From Ferruginibacter sp. (GTDB lineage Bacteria; Bacteroidota; Bacteroidia; Chitinophagales; Chitinophagaceae), in assembly GCA_046329685.1 (NCBI GenBank), contig JAXLUF010000008.1:7108-71107 (forward strand): a stretch of 64,000 nucleotides of DNA, read 5' to 3'. A program made the position numbers and the translations under genes. The notes under the pieces were generated by a model. That model worked only from the letters and a program-made list of their open reading frames with translations, ran no database searches and was not told where the DNA came from. Below, in pieces: positions 1 through 11,016 of the stretch. Positions within the stretch are counted from its first letter, which is position 1. Each line of letters begins with the position of its first letter.

Positions 1-195
1 ATTGATCTTTTTATGGGCATGCTCGAGCACTGTTTCCCGGATGCCCTGTTGCCAGGCAAATTCAAATGCATTCATTTCTATGGTACTGAGCAATCCGATA
101 TCCATTTCAATTTCTTCTACAGCAGCGGCGCCCGCTTTCCGGGTTTCTTCCTGCGCAATATCCACGATGCTCATAACAACAGAGAGCTCATGCAT
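1..195 (-). CDS. hypA: Hydrogenase maturation nickel metallochaperone HypA (N-terminal part; runs off the left edge)
   Basis: Not in the ORF track. The reverse strand from ATG at 195 reads MHELSVVMSIVDIAQEETRKAGAAAVEEIEMDIGLLSTIEMNAFEFAW..., the canonical HypA MHE N-terminus. It lies next to the hydrogenase operon. Confidence 0.93.
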   Translation of the reverse strand, partial: MHELSVVMSIVDIAQEETRKAGAAAVEEIEMDIGLLSTIEMNAFEFAWQQGIRETVLEHAHKKIN

Positions 196-197
196 GA

Positions 198-407
198 TCA
201 GAGGCTTTCTTTGCGTTGCCTTTTCCTGTTCAGCGCCTTCACCGTTATAACGGCCAGGCTGACAACTCCCACGAGTGCCACCACATGAATGGGCTCAACA
301 AAATAATGGGTAATGGTAAATCCGTCAGTTTCTCCATGACCCGGGTGGGCAAAAAGACTCAGCGGTGCCGTGGCAAGCAGCGATAAAAAGACAGCAATCT
401 TTCTCAT
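198..407 (-). CDS. Small (69 aa) HupE/UreJ-like membrane protein, possibly nickel-binding
   Basis: Signal-like N-terminus, then AHPGHG...HYFVEPIH and one TM helix, resembling the N-terminus of HupE/UreJ. It stops 2 nt before the hypA start. Confidence 0.6.
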   Translation of the reverse strand: MRKIAVFLSLLATAPLSLFAHPGHGETDGFTITHYFVEPIHVVALVGVVSLAVITVKALNRKRQRKESL

Positions 408-460
408 TTTATAAAATTTTATCGGAGCACTAAAGCTAATAGAATGCCCTGGCCGGCCAC

Positions 461-496
461 ATGATTAATGTCATATCCGGTTCTGAATAATCTCAT
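461..496. promoter_or_regulatory. Two tandem TGA-N6-TCA (CRP/FNR-family-like) sites in the divergent hyp/hya intergenic region
   Basis: ATGAttaatgTCAT (461-474) and CTGAataatcTCAT (483-496), offset by 22 bp. Confidence 0.5.
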
Positions 497-573
497 AAAG
501 GCAGGAAAATCCGGAAAATAATTTTACTGTAGCACATTATATACTTCCTCATCTCCAATTTAAAACCCCGCAC

Positions 574-1707
574 ATGTCAAACGATGCTTTAATGAAAAAA
601 CAACCTACTTATTATGAAGAGGTTGAAAGAAAAGGGTACTCCCGCCGCGAATTTCTCGGATTTGTTACCATGATGGCCGCTTTTATGGGGCTTGAAAAAT
701 CTGCCATCGGGCAGGTGGTAAAAGCACTGGAAACCAAGGCCCGTGTACCGGTAATCTGGCTGCACTTCCAGGAATGTACCTGTTGCAGCGAAAGTTTTAT
801 CCGTTCATCACATCCTATTGTGGCAGATATCCTGCTTGATAAAATCTCGCTTGACTATACCGAAACCCTCATGGCTGCATCCGGCTTCCAGGCCGAAGCC
901 GCGATGAAGGAAACGATGGAAAAACATAAAGGGGAATATATTCTTTGTGTGGAAGGAAGTGTGCCCACCGCTGCCGACGGCGTGTACTGTATGATCGGCG
1001 GTAAAACGTCTTTACAGATTCTCGAAGAAGCTTCTGCCAATGCCAAAGCCGTTATTGCCTGGGGCAGCTGTGCCAGCAATGGTTGTGTACAATCAGCACG
1101 TCCCAACCCCACCGGCGCCACCCCCATTCATAAATTGCTGAAAGGCGGGGCTCCGCTGATTAAAGTGCCGGGCTGCCCGCCCATCGGGGAAGTGATGGCC
1201 GGTGTGATTGTGCACCTGGTGGCCTTTGGCCGTATTCCCGAACTCGACCGGTTGGGCAGGCCCAAAGCATTTTACAGCAAACGGGTACACGATAGCTGCT
1301 ACCGTCGTCCGTTCTACGATGCCGGTCTTTTTGTGGAAACCTTCGACGATGAAAGCGCTAAAAAAGGATATTGCTTATATAAAGTGGGATGTAAAGGACC
1401 CTCTACCTACAATGCCTGCGGCGTAATGAAATGGAATAACGGAACCAGTTACCCGATTCAATCGGGCCACGGTTGTATCGGCTGCAGTGAGGAGAACTAC
1501 TGGGATAATGGCCGTCTCTACGAACGGGCCTCTTCCTTTGCCGGTTTTGGTATCGAAGCCAACGCAGATACGCTGGGAAAAACAGCCCTGGCAGCCACCG
1601 GCGTGGCCATTGCGGCACATGCCATCGCTACCAATATCCGGAAGAAAAAATTGATTACCAACCTCACTAAAGAAGGAAAACAAAGCGAAAAGGAACTGGA
1701 TCAATAA
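574..1707 (+). CDS. hyaA: [NiFe]-hydrogenase small subunit, O2-tolerant group 1d type
   Basis: Tat motif SRREFL; ECTCCSES and GSCASNGCV with both supernumerary Cys; GCPP; HDSCYRR; CLYKVGCKGP; YPIQSGHGCIGC; C-terminal TM anchor. Confidence 0.96.
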   Translation: MSNDALMKKQPTYYEEVERKGYSRREFLGFVTMMAAFMGLEKSAIGQVVKALETKARVPVIWLHFQECTCCSESFIRSSHPIVADILLDKISLDYTETLMAASGFQAEAAMKETMEKHKGEYILCVEGSVPTAADGVYCMIGGKTSLQILEEASANAKAVIAWGSCASNGCVQSARPNPTGATPIHKLLKGGAPLIKVPGCPPIGEVMAGVIVHLVAFGRIPELDRLGRPKAFYSKRVHDSCYRRPFYDAGLFVETFDDESAKKGYCLYKVGCKGPSTYNACGVMKWNNGTSYPIQSGHGCIGCSEENYWDNGRLYERASSFAGFGIEANADTLGKTALAATGVAIAAHAIATNIRKKKLITNLTKEGKQSEKELDQ

Positions 1708-1765
1708 ACGGCTTTGTCAATTCCTGTAAAAAAACCTTTCATTACTAAAATCTAAAAATAACTAT

Positions 1766-3490
1766 ATGAGCACAAGAGTAGTTGTAGACCCCATCACCCG
1801 CATCGAAGGGCATCTGCGCATAGAAGCCGATATCGAGGGAGGAAAAATAAAAGACGCTTATAGCAGCGGCACTATGGTGCGCCTGCTGGAAGAAATACTG
1901 AAAGGGAGAGATCCCCGGGATGCATGGGCCTTTGTGGGCCGGGTATGCGGCGTATGCACCTCCATACACTCACTCACTTCTGTCCGCTGCGTGGAAGATG
2001 CACTGGACATCACGATACCGCCGAATGCCGAACTGGTAAGGAATATCATGTTCTGCACACAATATATGCACGACCATGTGGTGCATTTTTATCACCTCCA
2101 TGCCATGGATTGGGTGGATGTGGTGAATGCCCTGAAAGCCGATCCTAAAAAAACCGCCGAACTGGCACAAAGTATTTCCAAATGGCCCAAAAGCTCCCCG
2201 GGCTATTTCAGCGATATCCAGACAAGGGTGAAGAAATTTGTAGACAGCGGTCAGCTGGGCATTTTTGCCAATGGCTACTGGGGCCATCCGGCTTACAAAT
2301 TACCGCCCGAGGTTAACCTCATCGGGCTGGCACATTACCTGGAAGCCCTGGAATGGCAGAAAGAAATCGTAAAAGTGCACGCCATCTTCGGCGGTAAAAA
2401 CCCGCACCCCAATTACCTCGTGGGCGGTATGGCCTGTGCCATCAGCATCGATGATGTAAGCGGTATCAATGCCGAGCGGCTGGCTTATGTGGGCCAGCTG
2501 ATAAAAGACGGTAAGGATTTTATTGAACAGGTTTATATACCCGACCTGATGGCAATTGCTTCTTTCTATAAAGACTGGGGCGCTATCGGCGGCGGACTGG
2601 GCAACTACCTCGTTTACGGAGATTTGCCCACCAATGGTTACCGCGATACAGCTTCTTATAAATTCCCGGGCGGCGCCATCCTCAACAAGGATATCAGCAA
2701 GGTATACGATGTGGATCTGCGTAAGGAAGAGGAAGTGGAAGAATATATCACCCACTCCTGGTACGATTATAAAGAGGGAAAGAATAAAGGGCTGCATCCC
2801 TGGAAAGGCGAAAGCAAAATCAACTACACCGGCCCGAAACCACCCTTTGAACACCTTGATACCACAAAAGAATACAGCTATCTTAAAACACCAAGATGGA
2901 AAGGCAATGCCATGGAAGTGGGGCCGCTCTCAAGAATGCTCGTGGGCTATGCAAGAGGCCGTGAAGATTTTAAAGCGGTGGTCGACAAAGCCCTCACCGA
3001 TCTGAATGTTCCGGTAACGGCCTTGTTCTCCACCCTGGGCAGAACGGCCGCCCGCGGACTGGAGAGCATTCTGGTTTCACAATGGGGACTTGAGTTTTAC
3101 GATAAGCTGATCGACAATATCAAAAACGGGGATACCCGCATGGCCGAGATGAGCCGCTTTGAACCGGATACCTGGCCCAAAACCGCCAAAGGAGTTGGCC
3201 ATACCGAAGCGCCCCGCGGCGCCCTGGCCCACTGGATAAATATTGCCGATGAAAAGATTGCCAATTACCAGCTGGTGGTACCCACTACCTGGAATGCTTC
3301 GCCAAGAGATAATAAAGGGCAGTTGTCGGCATATGAATCCTCCCTGCTGGAAACACCGGTGGCGGATGAAAAACAACCACTCGAAATCATTCGCACGATA
3401 CACAGCTTTGACCCCTGCATGGCCTGCAGCGTGCACATCTATGACGAGGAAGGAAAACATATCAGTCGCATTAACATACTCGAAGATTAA
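1766..3490 (+). CDS. hyaB: [NiFe]-hydrogenase large subunit
   Basis: DPITRIEGHL; L1 RVCGVC; L2 DPCMACSVH followed by a cleavable C-terminal extension. Confidence 0.97.
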   Translation: MSTRVVVDPITRIEGHLRIEADIEGGKIKDAYSSGTMVRLLEEILKGRDPRDAWAFVGRVCGVCTSIHSLTSVRCVEDALDITIPPNAELVRNIMFCTQYMHDHVVHFYHLHAMDWVDVVNALKADPKKTAELAQSISKWPKSSPGYFSDIQTRVKKFVDSGQLGIFANGYWGHPAYKLPPEVNLIGLAHYLEALEWQKEIVKVHAIFGGKNPHPNYLVGGMACAISIDDVSGINAERLAYVGQLIKDGKDFIEQVYIPDLMAIASFYKDWGAIGGGLGNYLVYGDLPTNGYRDTASYKFPGGAILNKDISKVYDVDLRKEEEVEEYITHSWYDYKEGKNKGLHPWKGESKINYTGPKPPFEHLDTTKEYSYLKTPRWKGNAMEVGPLSRMLVGYARGREDFKAVVDKALTDLNVPVTALFSTLGRTAARGLESILVSQWGLEFYDKLIDNIKNGDTRMAEMSRFEPDTWPKTAKGVGHTEAPRGALAHWINIADEKIANYQLVVPTTWNASPRDNKGQLSAYESSLLETPVADEKQPLEIIRTIHSFDPCMACSVHIYDEEGKHISRINILED

Positions 3491-3507
3491 TTATTAAACG
3501 CTTCATT

Positions 3508-4263
3508 ATGGCAAGTAAATTTTTGCATATTCAACGGCTGCGCCGTGTATATGTATGGGAACTGCCCGTAAGAATCTACCATTGGCTCAATGCGCTGGTA
3601 ATGCTGGCCCTGATTGTTACCGGGTTTTATATCGCGAATCCGCTGGCGCTGATGAGCCAGCGGGAAGCCACCGGCAAATTCACCATGGGATGGGTGCGCT
3701 ATATTCATTTTGCTGCTGCCTATCTCTTCTTCTTTAATTTCCTGTTCCGCCTCTATTGGGGATTTGTTGGAAACAAATATGCCAACTGGAAACAATTCAT
3801 CCCCACCTCCCGTAAGTTTTTCAAGGAAATGTGGCATGTATTCAAAATGGATATTCTGATGCTGAAAGGAAAGGAGCATATGAGTATCGGGCACAATGCC
3901 ATGGCCGGCTTTATATATTTTCTCACCTTCATCGCCTTCCTGGTGCAATGCCTTACCGGATTTGGCTTGTATGCCAGCATGGGCAGCTGGTGGTTCCCCC
4001 GCCTGTTCAGCTGGGTGCCGGCCATGCTGGGTGGTGATATCCTCACCCGCCAGATCCACCACTGGGCCATGTGGTTCTTCATCCTCTTTGTGGTGATACA
4101 TGTTTACCTTGTTTTCTACCATGATTATGTGGAAGGCCGCGGCGAGATCAGCAGCATGGGCGGTGGCTGGAAATTCATTGAGGAAGAAACATTTGAAAAA
4201 ACAGATCAGCATACTCCTAACCCCGAAAAGCAACCCGCTGAAAATGTTGTTGCCGCACAATAA
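3508..4263 (+). CDS. hyaC: Hydrogenase b-type cytochrome subunit
   Basis: VYVWELPVRIYHW, RYIHF, GHNAMAG, RQIHH, IHVY heme-ligand motifs; 4 TM helices. Confidence 0.95.
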   Translation: MASKFLHIQRLRRVYVWELPVRIYHWLNALVMLALIVTGFYIANPLALMSQREATGKFTMGWVRYIHFAAAYLFFFNFLFRLYWGFVGNKYANWKQFIPTSRKFFKEMWHVFKMDILMLKGKEHMSIGHNAMAGFIYFLTFIAFLVQCLTGFGLYASMGSWWFPRLFSWVPAMLGGDILTRQIHHWAMWFFILFVVIHVYLVFYHDYVEGRGEISSMGGGWKFIEEETFEKTDQHTPNPEKQPAENVVAAQ

Positions 4264-4747
4264 GATCCTGGTAATGGGAGTGGGTAATTACCTCATGGGA
4301 GATGAGGGCATTGGTGTGCATGTGGCCGAACGCCTGCAGGAAGCGGGTGTTCCGGAAGGGGTAACGGTAGTGGATGGCGGTACCGGCGGCTTTCACCTGC
4401 TTGAATATTTTGAAAGCTATCCGCAGATCATTTTAATTGATGCCACCCTTGACGATAATCCCAACGGAACCATCCGCCTGATAAAACCCCGCTTCGCGGC
4501 CGATTTCCCCAAAGCCATGAGCACACACGATATCGGTTTGAAAGATATGGTGAGTGCCCTGCAGTTACTGGGTAAAATGCCGGAGATTCATTTGTTCGTG
4601 GTGAGTATCGAAAGCCTGCAGCAGCAGGGCATTACCTTAACACCGGAAGTGGAAAAAACCATTCCTGATTTATTAACCCGGATACAGGGTCTTATCAAAA
4701 AAATCCGCGAAGAAAGTTACCAGCTTTCCACAGCGCCGGTAATGTAA
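4244..4747 (+). CDS. hyaD: Hydrogenase maturation endopeptidase
   Basis: ILVMGVGNYLMGDEGIG, VDGGT and STHDIG motifs. Likely start is ATG 4244, overlapping the end of hyaC. Confidence 0.93.
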   Translation: MLLPHNKILVMGVGNYLMGDEGIGVHVAERLQEAGVPEGVTVVDGGTGGFHLLEYFESYPQIILIDATLDDNPNGTIRLIKPRFAADFPKAMSTHDIGLKDMVSALQLLGKMPEIHLFVVSIESLQQQGITLTPEVEKTIPDLLTRIQGLIKKIREESYQLSTAPVM

Positions 4748-4764
4748 TTGAAATAACCATGGAA

Positions 4765-4799
4765 AAAAAGGCGGACATGATTTTCATGTCCGCCTTTTT
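4765..4799. terminator. Bidirectional intrinsic terminator
   Basis: AAAAAGGCGGACATGA-ttt-TCATGTCCGCCTTTTT perfect stem between convergent operons. Confidence 0.9.
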
Positions 4800-4807
4800 A
4801 GTATTGT

Positions 4808-6349
4808 TTATAAAGGAATATTTCCGTGTTTTTTCCGGGGGCGTTTGAACACTTTATTTTCCAGGATGGCAAATGCCTTGATCAGTTTTTTCCGGGTTTC
4901 CCGGGGTTCAATCACTTCATCAATAAATCCTCTTTCGGCCGCGAGATAAGGCGTTGCAAATTTTTCGGCATATTCGGCTTCTTTTTCTTTCAGCTTTGTA
5001 ACCGGGTCGGCTGCCTCAGCAATTTCTTTTTTGAAGATGATCTCGCTGGCGCCCTTGGCTCCCATCACGGCAATCTCGGCCGTGGGCCAGGCAAAGTTGA
5101 TATCAGCGCCGATATGTTTCGAGTTCATTACATCATACGCACCGCCATAGGCTTTACGGGTAATCACCGTAATACGTGGTACCGTGGCTTCGCTGAGGGC
5201 AAACAGAAGCTTGGCGCCATTGGTGATGATGCCGTTCCACTCCTGGTCGGTTCCCGGCAAAAAGCCCGGCACATCCACCAGTACCAGCAAGGGTACATTG
5301 AAGCAATCGCAGAACCGTGTGAAGCGGGCGCCCTTGCGGGAGCTGTTGATATCCAGCACTCCGGCCAGGCAATTGGGCTGATTCGCCACGATACCGATAC
5401 TGCGCCCGGCCAGGCGGGCAAAGCCCACCACAATATTTTCGGCAAAATCTTTCTGGATTTCAAAAAAACTGTCGGTGTCGCAGATACCGGCAATCACATC
5501 CCTGATATCATAGGGCTGGTTGGTGCTTTCGGGAACGATATGTTCCAGCTGCTCCCTTGTTTCATCACCAAGGGTATAGGGATCTTTCGGTAAAATATCT
5601 TCACAGTTCTGCGGAATATAACTCAGCAGTTTTTTTATCTGCCCGATACACTGCACATCATTGGCGGCTGTTAAATGCGTTACCCCGGATTTAACCGCAT
5701 GGGTACTGGCGCCGCCCAGTTCTTCGGCGCTTACCTCTTCGTTGGTAACGGTTTTCACTACGTTGGGGCCCGTTACAAACATATAACTGGTATTTTCCAC
5801 CATCAGGGTAAAATCGGTAATGGCAGGAGAATATACCGCACCGCCGGCACAGGGGCCCATGATGGCGGATATCTGCGGAATCACGCCGGAGGTCAGCACG
5901 TTGCGGTAAAAAATATCTGCATAGCCTCCCAGCGAGCGCACACCTTCCTGTATACGGGCGCCACCGGAATCGTTGAGGCCGATGAGCGGCGCGCCGGTTT
6001 TCATCGCCAGGTCCATGATCTTACATATTTTTTCGGCATGTGTTTCAGAGAGGGCGCCGCCAAAAACGGTGAAATCCTGCGCAAACACATAGGCCAGCCG
6101 GCCATTGATACTTCCATAGCCGGTTATAACACCATCACCATAATACTGCTGATCTTCCATGCCGAAGTCTTTGGTGCGGTGCAGCACCAGGGCACCTATT
6201 TCTTCAAATGAACCCGGATCCATCAGCAGGCTGATTCTTTCCCTGGCTGTCAGTTTTCCTTTTTTATGCTGGGTGGCATTGCGTTCGGCGCCGCCGCCCA
6301 TTTTACCGGTTTCTATTTTTTCCCTGAGTATTTCTGATTTTGATTTCAT
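4808..6349 (-). CDS. pccB: Acyl-CoA (propionyl-CoA) carboxylase carboxyltransferase subunit
   Basis: [55 protein letters not shown]. Confidence 0.92.
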   Translation of the reverse strand: MKSKSEILREKIETGKMGGGAERNATQHKKGKLTARERISLLMDPGSFEEIGALVLHRTKDFGMEDQQYYGDGVITGYGSINGRLAYVFAQDFTVFGGALSETHAEKICKIMDLAMKTGAPLIGLNDSGGARIQEGVRSLGGYADIFYRNVLTSGVIPQISAIMGPCAGGAVYSPAITDFTLMVENTSYMFVTGPNVVKTVTNEEVSAEELGGASTHAVKSGVTHLTAANDVQCIGQIKKLLSYIPQNCEDILPKDPYTLGDETREQLEHIVPESTNQPYDIRDVIAGICDTDSFFEIQKDFAENIVVGFARLAGRSIGIVANQPNCLAGVLDINSSRKGARFTRFCDCFNVPLLVLVDVPGFLPGTDQEWNGIITNGAKLLFALSEATVPRITVITRKAYGGAYDVMNSKHIGADINFAWPTAEIAVMGAKGASEIIFKKEIAEAADPVTKLKEKEAEYAEKFATPYLAAERGFIDEVIEPRETRKKLIKAFAILENKVFKRPRKKHGNIPL

Positions 6350-6385
6350 GGGATCCCTGTTTAAACTGAATAATCGTTAATAATA

Positions 6386-7858
<1,473 letters not shown>

Positions 7859-7880
7859 ACGGTTGTGTTTAATGATTAGC

Positions 7881-8372
7881 TTATTCAAACCCGATCAGTA
7901 CCTGTCCTTTTTCCACTACCTGCCCGGCTTTCACATGGATCTTTTTCACCACGGCATTGGCAGGGTTGGTGATACTGTTTTCCATTTTCATGGCTTCCAG
8001 CACCAGCAGTTTATCGCCTTCGGCAGATTCCTGTCCTTCTTTCACATTTATTTCGAGTACCAGGCCGGGCATCGGCGCTTTGATCTCTTTAACATGTTTT
8101 GCCGGAACGGCATTCAGTCCCATTTTATCCAGCATCATATCCAGCTCGTCCTGAATTTCGATCGCGAAGGTTTCGCCTTCAATTTCGATCGTCATTTTTT
8201 TGGCGGCCAAATCCGACTGCAGGATGCGGGCATTTACCGAGCGGTGTGCCTGAAGAATATTATACAATTGCGGAGATACCGCAACCAGGTCGGCCTTGTC
8301 AATTTCTTCCCGGGTGAAGCTGAATTCAAATTCATTGACTTTTACTTTGTAGCCGGAAGCTGTGTTATCCAT
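7881..8372 (-). CDS. Biotin carboxyl carrier protein
   Basis: APMPG and EAMKM biotinylation motif. Confidence 0.92.
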   Translation of the reverse strand: MDNTASGYKVKVNEFEFSFTREEIDKADLVAVSPQLYNILQAHRSVNARILQSDLAAKKMTIEIEGETFAIEIQDELDMMLDKMGLNAVPAKHVKEIKAPMPGLVLEINVKEGQESAEGDKLLVLEAMKMENSITNPANAVVKKIHVKAGQVVEKGQVLIGFE

Positions 8373-8486
8373 AGTACTCGTTTTTTGTTGAAAACTGCAC
8401 CCGTGGTGGCGGGTAGTGGCTATAAAAACGCCTGTAAAAGAAATATATATAGTGCAATGTTTTATTGACTTTCATTGTACACAGGG

Positions 8487-8500
8487 ATGATAAAAGTCAT
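8487..8500. promoter_or_regulatory. TGA-N6-TCA palindromic site upstream of the carboxylase operon
   Basis: ATGAtaaaagTCAT, nearly identical to 461-474. A minus-strand TATATTTG -7 motif lies at about 8552-8559. Confidence 0.45.
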
Positions 8501-8698
8501 AGATCAGAAATGGCGCTGTTCATAGCTTTGCTGTAATATAGCGGGTGCGCACAAATATATTTTCCGGGCAAACCGGCATTTACCCGGAAGGGAAAATATA
8601 CCTGCCTGAAAACTCCGCTGCCGGAACTGCTTTATCCGCATAAATCCCATGCCTCCTGATAAAAAAGTTGCATTCCAAAAGGATGGCTGCCAGCTGAA

Positions 8699-9070
8699 TC
8701 AGCTGCCAGACTGTTGATTTTTTTGAGGATCGGGAAAGGCTTTCTTGTGAACAAAGGAGTTAAAAAAGGAGAGCAGCACACTGAATACCAGGGCATGCCA
8801 GAAACTGTCTACTTTAAAGCCATGAACAAAATGAGCATCCAGCAGGATGATACAGGCATTGATCACAAACAGGAAAAGGCCGAGGGTAAGGATGGTGACC
8901 GGCAGTGTAAATAATATCAGCAGGGGTTTGATGAAACCATCCAGCAGGGAAAGCACAATGGCCACAATAATGGCGGTAAAAAAATCAACGATTTGTATGC
9001 CGGGCAGGATGTAGGCCAGGATAAAAACATTCACCGAGCAAACGAGTATCTTCAGCAACCATTTATTCAT
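8699..9070 (-). CDS. YvlD / holin superfamily IV-like 4-TM membrane protein
   Basis: IKPLLILFTLPVTILTLGLFLFVINA signature. Confidence 0.85.
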   Translation of the reverse strand: MNKWLLKILVCSVNVFILAYILPGIQIVDFFTAIIVAIVLSLLDGFIKPLLILFTLPVTILTLGLFLFVINACIILLDAHFVHGFKVDSFWHALVFSVLLSFFNSFVHKKAFPDPQKNQQSGS

Positions 9071-9074
9071 GTTA

Positions 9075-10355
9075 TCAAATTACAACTAATTCGTAAAAAT
9101 CACCGGGTACCAGGTATTTTTTAGCTAAACTTTGTAATTCCTCCGCCTGTATAGTTTTTATTTCCCGGATCGAGTTATAGAAGTAACTTTTGTCGAGTCC
9201 GTTGAGGATGATATTTTTCCAGCGGCCCATGATCTGGAAGGGGCCGTCGAGGTCGCCCAGGATGGATCCCATCAGGTAGTTGCGCACCAGCAGCAGTTCC
9301 TCTTCGTCAACCGGTTCTTCCCGCAGGCGCTGCATTTCTTTGTATACCTCTTCAATCGTGGCCTCACAAACATCCTTGCCCGCTTCGGTGCTGATCATCC
9401 AGGCCGATTGCTGGATATGATTCTGTACATAGCTGTGAATACCGTAGGTATAGCCTTTATCTTCCCGGATATTACTCATCAGCCGCGAACCGAAGAAGCC
9501 GCCGAACAGGGTATTCAGCACCATTACTTTCATAAAATCGGGGTCATGGCGGTTGGGGAAAGGCCGGATAATGCGGATTGAGCCCTGCACCCCGTCGGGG
9601 TCGTTGCTGATGCGGTATTTTTTTTCGGTGGCCGGGGTAACCGGGATGGGCTCCACGGCAAAGGAAGGCTTGCCCAGGGGCAGTTTTCCAAAATGTTCGT
9701 TGAGTTGTTTTTCAAAACCGGCCGGCACCAGTCCTGAAACAAAAATTACACAGCGGCCGCGCTGGTAGTATTGCGCAAAATACTCTTTCAGCAGGCCGGT
9801 ATGCAAGGCATCAATATCTTCAAAATTGGTGTAGCGGCCATAGGGATGCTGTTCGCCATACACATAGGCATCCGACAGGCGGGCCGCTACAAAATCGCTT
9901 TTCTTCAGGTTCACGCTCAGGCGTTGCCGGCTGTTTTGTTTATATATATTCAGCTCTTCCTCGGGAAAAACCGAATCGGTGATCATTTCGGTGAGCAGGG
10001 GCAGCAGCGCCGGAACATGTTTGCTTAATGCCGAAAGCGATACCACCGCCGTTTCGTTATAGCAGCCCCTGTTGCAGTAGGCGCCATAATACTCAAACTC
10101 TTCATTGATCTGAAAAGCGGTTTTGGAGGAGGTTCCGTTTTTCAGCATGAAATTGGTGGTGGCGGCAACATTTTTCTGTGCCTCAAACCAGTTGCCGGCA
10201 TAAAATACGAGCTCCAGCTGCAGCACTTCCTGTGCACCTGCGCTGACACAGTAAACCGGCACGCCGTTATCCAGCGTAAATAATTCATAGTCTTTTAACT
10301 GCAGATCAAAATCCACCGCATCCTTTATAACAGGCGCCGTTTTTCTATTTAGCAT
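9075..10355 (-). CDS. M16 (pitrilysin) family peptidase, non-catalytic subunit
   Basis: LDNGV start, no HXXEH, SRLMSNIREDKGYTYG R/Y motif. Likely start 10355. Confidence 0.88.
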   Translation of the reverse strand: MLNRKTAPVIKDAVDFDLQLKDYELFTLDNGVPVYCVSAGAQEVLQLELVFYAGNWFEAQKNVAATTNFMLKNGTSSKTAFQINEEFEYYGAYCNRGCYNETAVVSLSALSKHVPALLPLLTEMITDSVFPEEELNIYKQNSRQRLSVNLKKSDFVAARLSDAYVYGEQHPYGRYTNFEDIDALHTGLLKEYFAQYYQRGRCVIFVSGLVPAGFEKQLNEHFGKLPLGKPSFAVEPIPVTPATEKKYRISNDPDGVQGSIRIIRPFPNRHDPDFMKVMVLNTLFGGFFGSRLMSNIREDKGYTYGIHSYVQNHIQQSAWMISTEAGKDVCEATIEEVYKEMQRLREEPVDEEELLLVRNYLMGSILGDLDGPFQIMGRWKNIILNGLDKSYFYNSIREIKTIQAEELQSLAKKYLVPGDFYELVVI

Positions 10356-11016
10356 GTTGTTGTTTTTTGGTTTTGGTTGCAAACCGGTTCCGGAGGTTTA
10401 AGAAAGCGGCCGGCAGTAATCCCCAGATGGAATGCTTCATGGAAATAAATGAAATTAAAAACACAAGCAGCATACTGCCTGTCAGCACCAGTAATTTCCT
10501 TTCAAAATCATTTTTGCCGGCCTCTTCCATGGGATAGGAACAGGAAGGATATATTTTCATCACCAGCCAGTAAAAATAATACAGGGAAATACCGGCAAAA
10601 ATATTGTTCAGCACAAAAAGCTGGTAAGGGAGGGCGGCGGCGGCTTCATTCACACCCAGGCTTTCGTACAAAAAAGAAGTGGTAAACGGGAAAAATATAA
10701 TGGGTAATAAACTAAGCATGTTGGCCATCACAATTTTCCGGTTATAGTCATGCACGTGCTTAAACAGCCCGTGGTGCCGTATCCAGTAATTGACGATGAG
10801 CGAAAAACTGAGTAATACGGAGGCAAATTTATACTTCATACCCAACAGCTCGTGCCAGAGCTCGCTTTCGCTGGTGGAACGGGTTACTTCGGGCGCTTTA
10901 AACTCTATTACCAGCAGGGTAATGGCAATGGCATACACAGCATCGCTGAAAAAAGCAATGCGTTCAACCTGGAAGTCCTGCTTGGGATGTTTGGGTTCGT
11001 GATGGGCTACCTTCAT
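10345..11016 (-). CDS. TMEM175-family (DUF1211) K+ channel-like protein
   Basis: RIAFFSDAVYAIAITLL (RxxxFSD motif), YWIRHH, PFTTS; about 6 TM. The start overlaps the upstream stop codon. Confidence 0.85.
   Translation of the reverse strand: MKVAHHEPKHPKQDFQVERIAFFSDAVYAIAITLLVIEFKAPEVTRSTSESELWHELLGMKYKFASVLLSFSLIVNYWIRHHGLFKHVHDYNRKIVMANMLSLLPIIFFPFTTSFLYESLGVNEAAAALPYQLFVLNNIFAGISLYYFYWLVMKIYPSCSYPMEEAGKNDFERKLLVLTGSMLLVFLISFISMKHSIWGLLPAAFLNLRNRFATKTKKQQHAK

Noticed and set aside
3400-3440. Possible [NiFeSe] hydrogenase, given selD in the same window
   Set aside because: The L2 motif is DPCMAC with TGC codons. There is no in-frame TGA, and SelD itself uses Cys.
8523-8698. Plus-strand TAGCTTTG promoter motif with no downstream gene (possible sRNA)
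   Set aside because: A single 8-mer match with no clear terminator; could be chance.
8699-9070. Holin-family gene as a sign of a prophage
   Set aside because: YvlD-type proteins are common chromosomal genes, and no phage genes are nearby.
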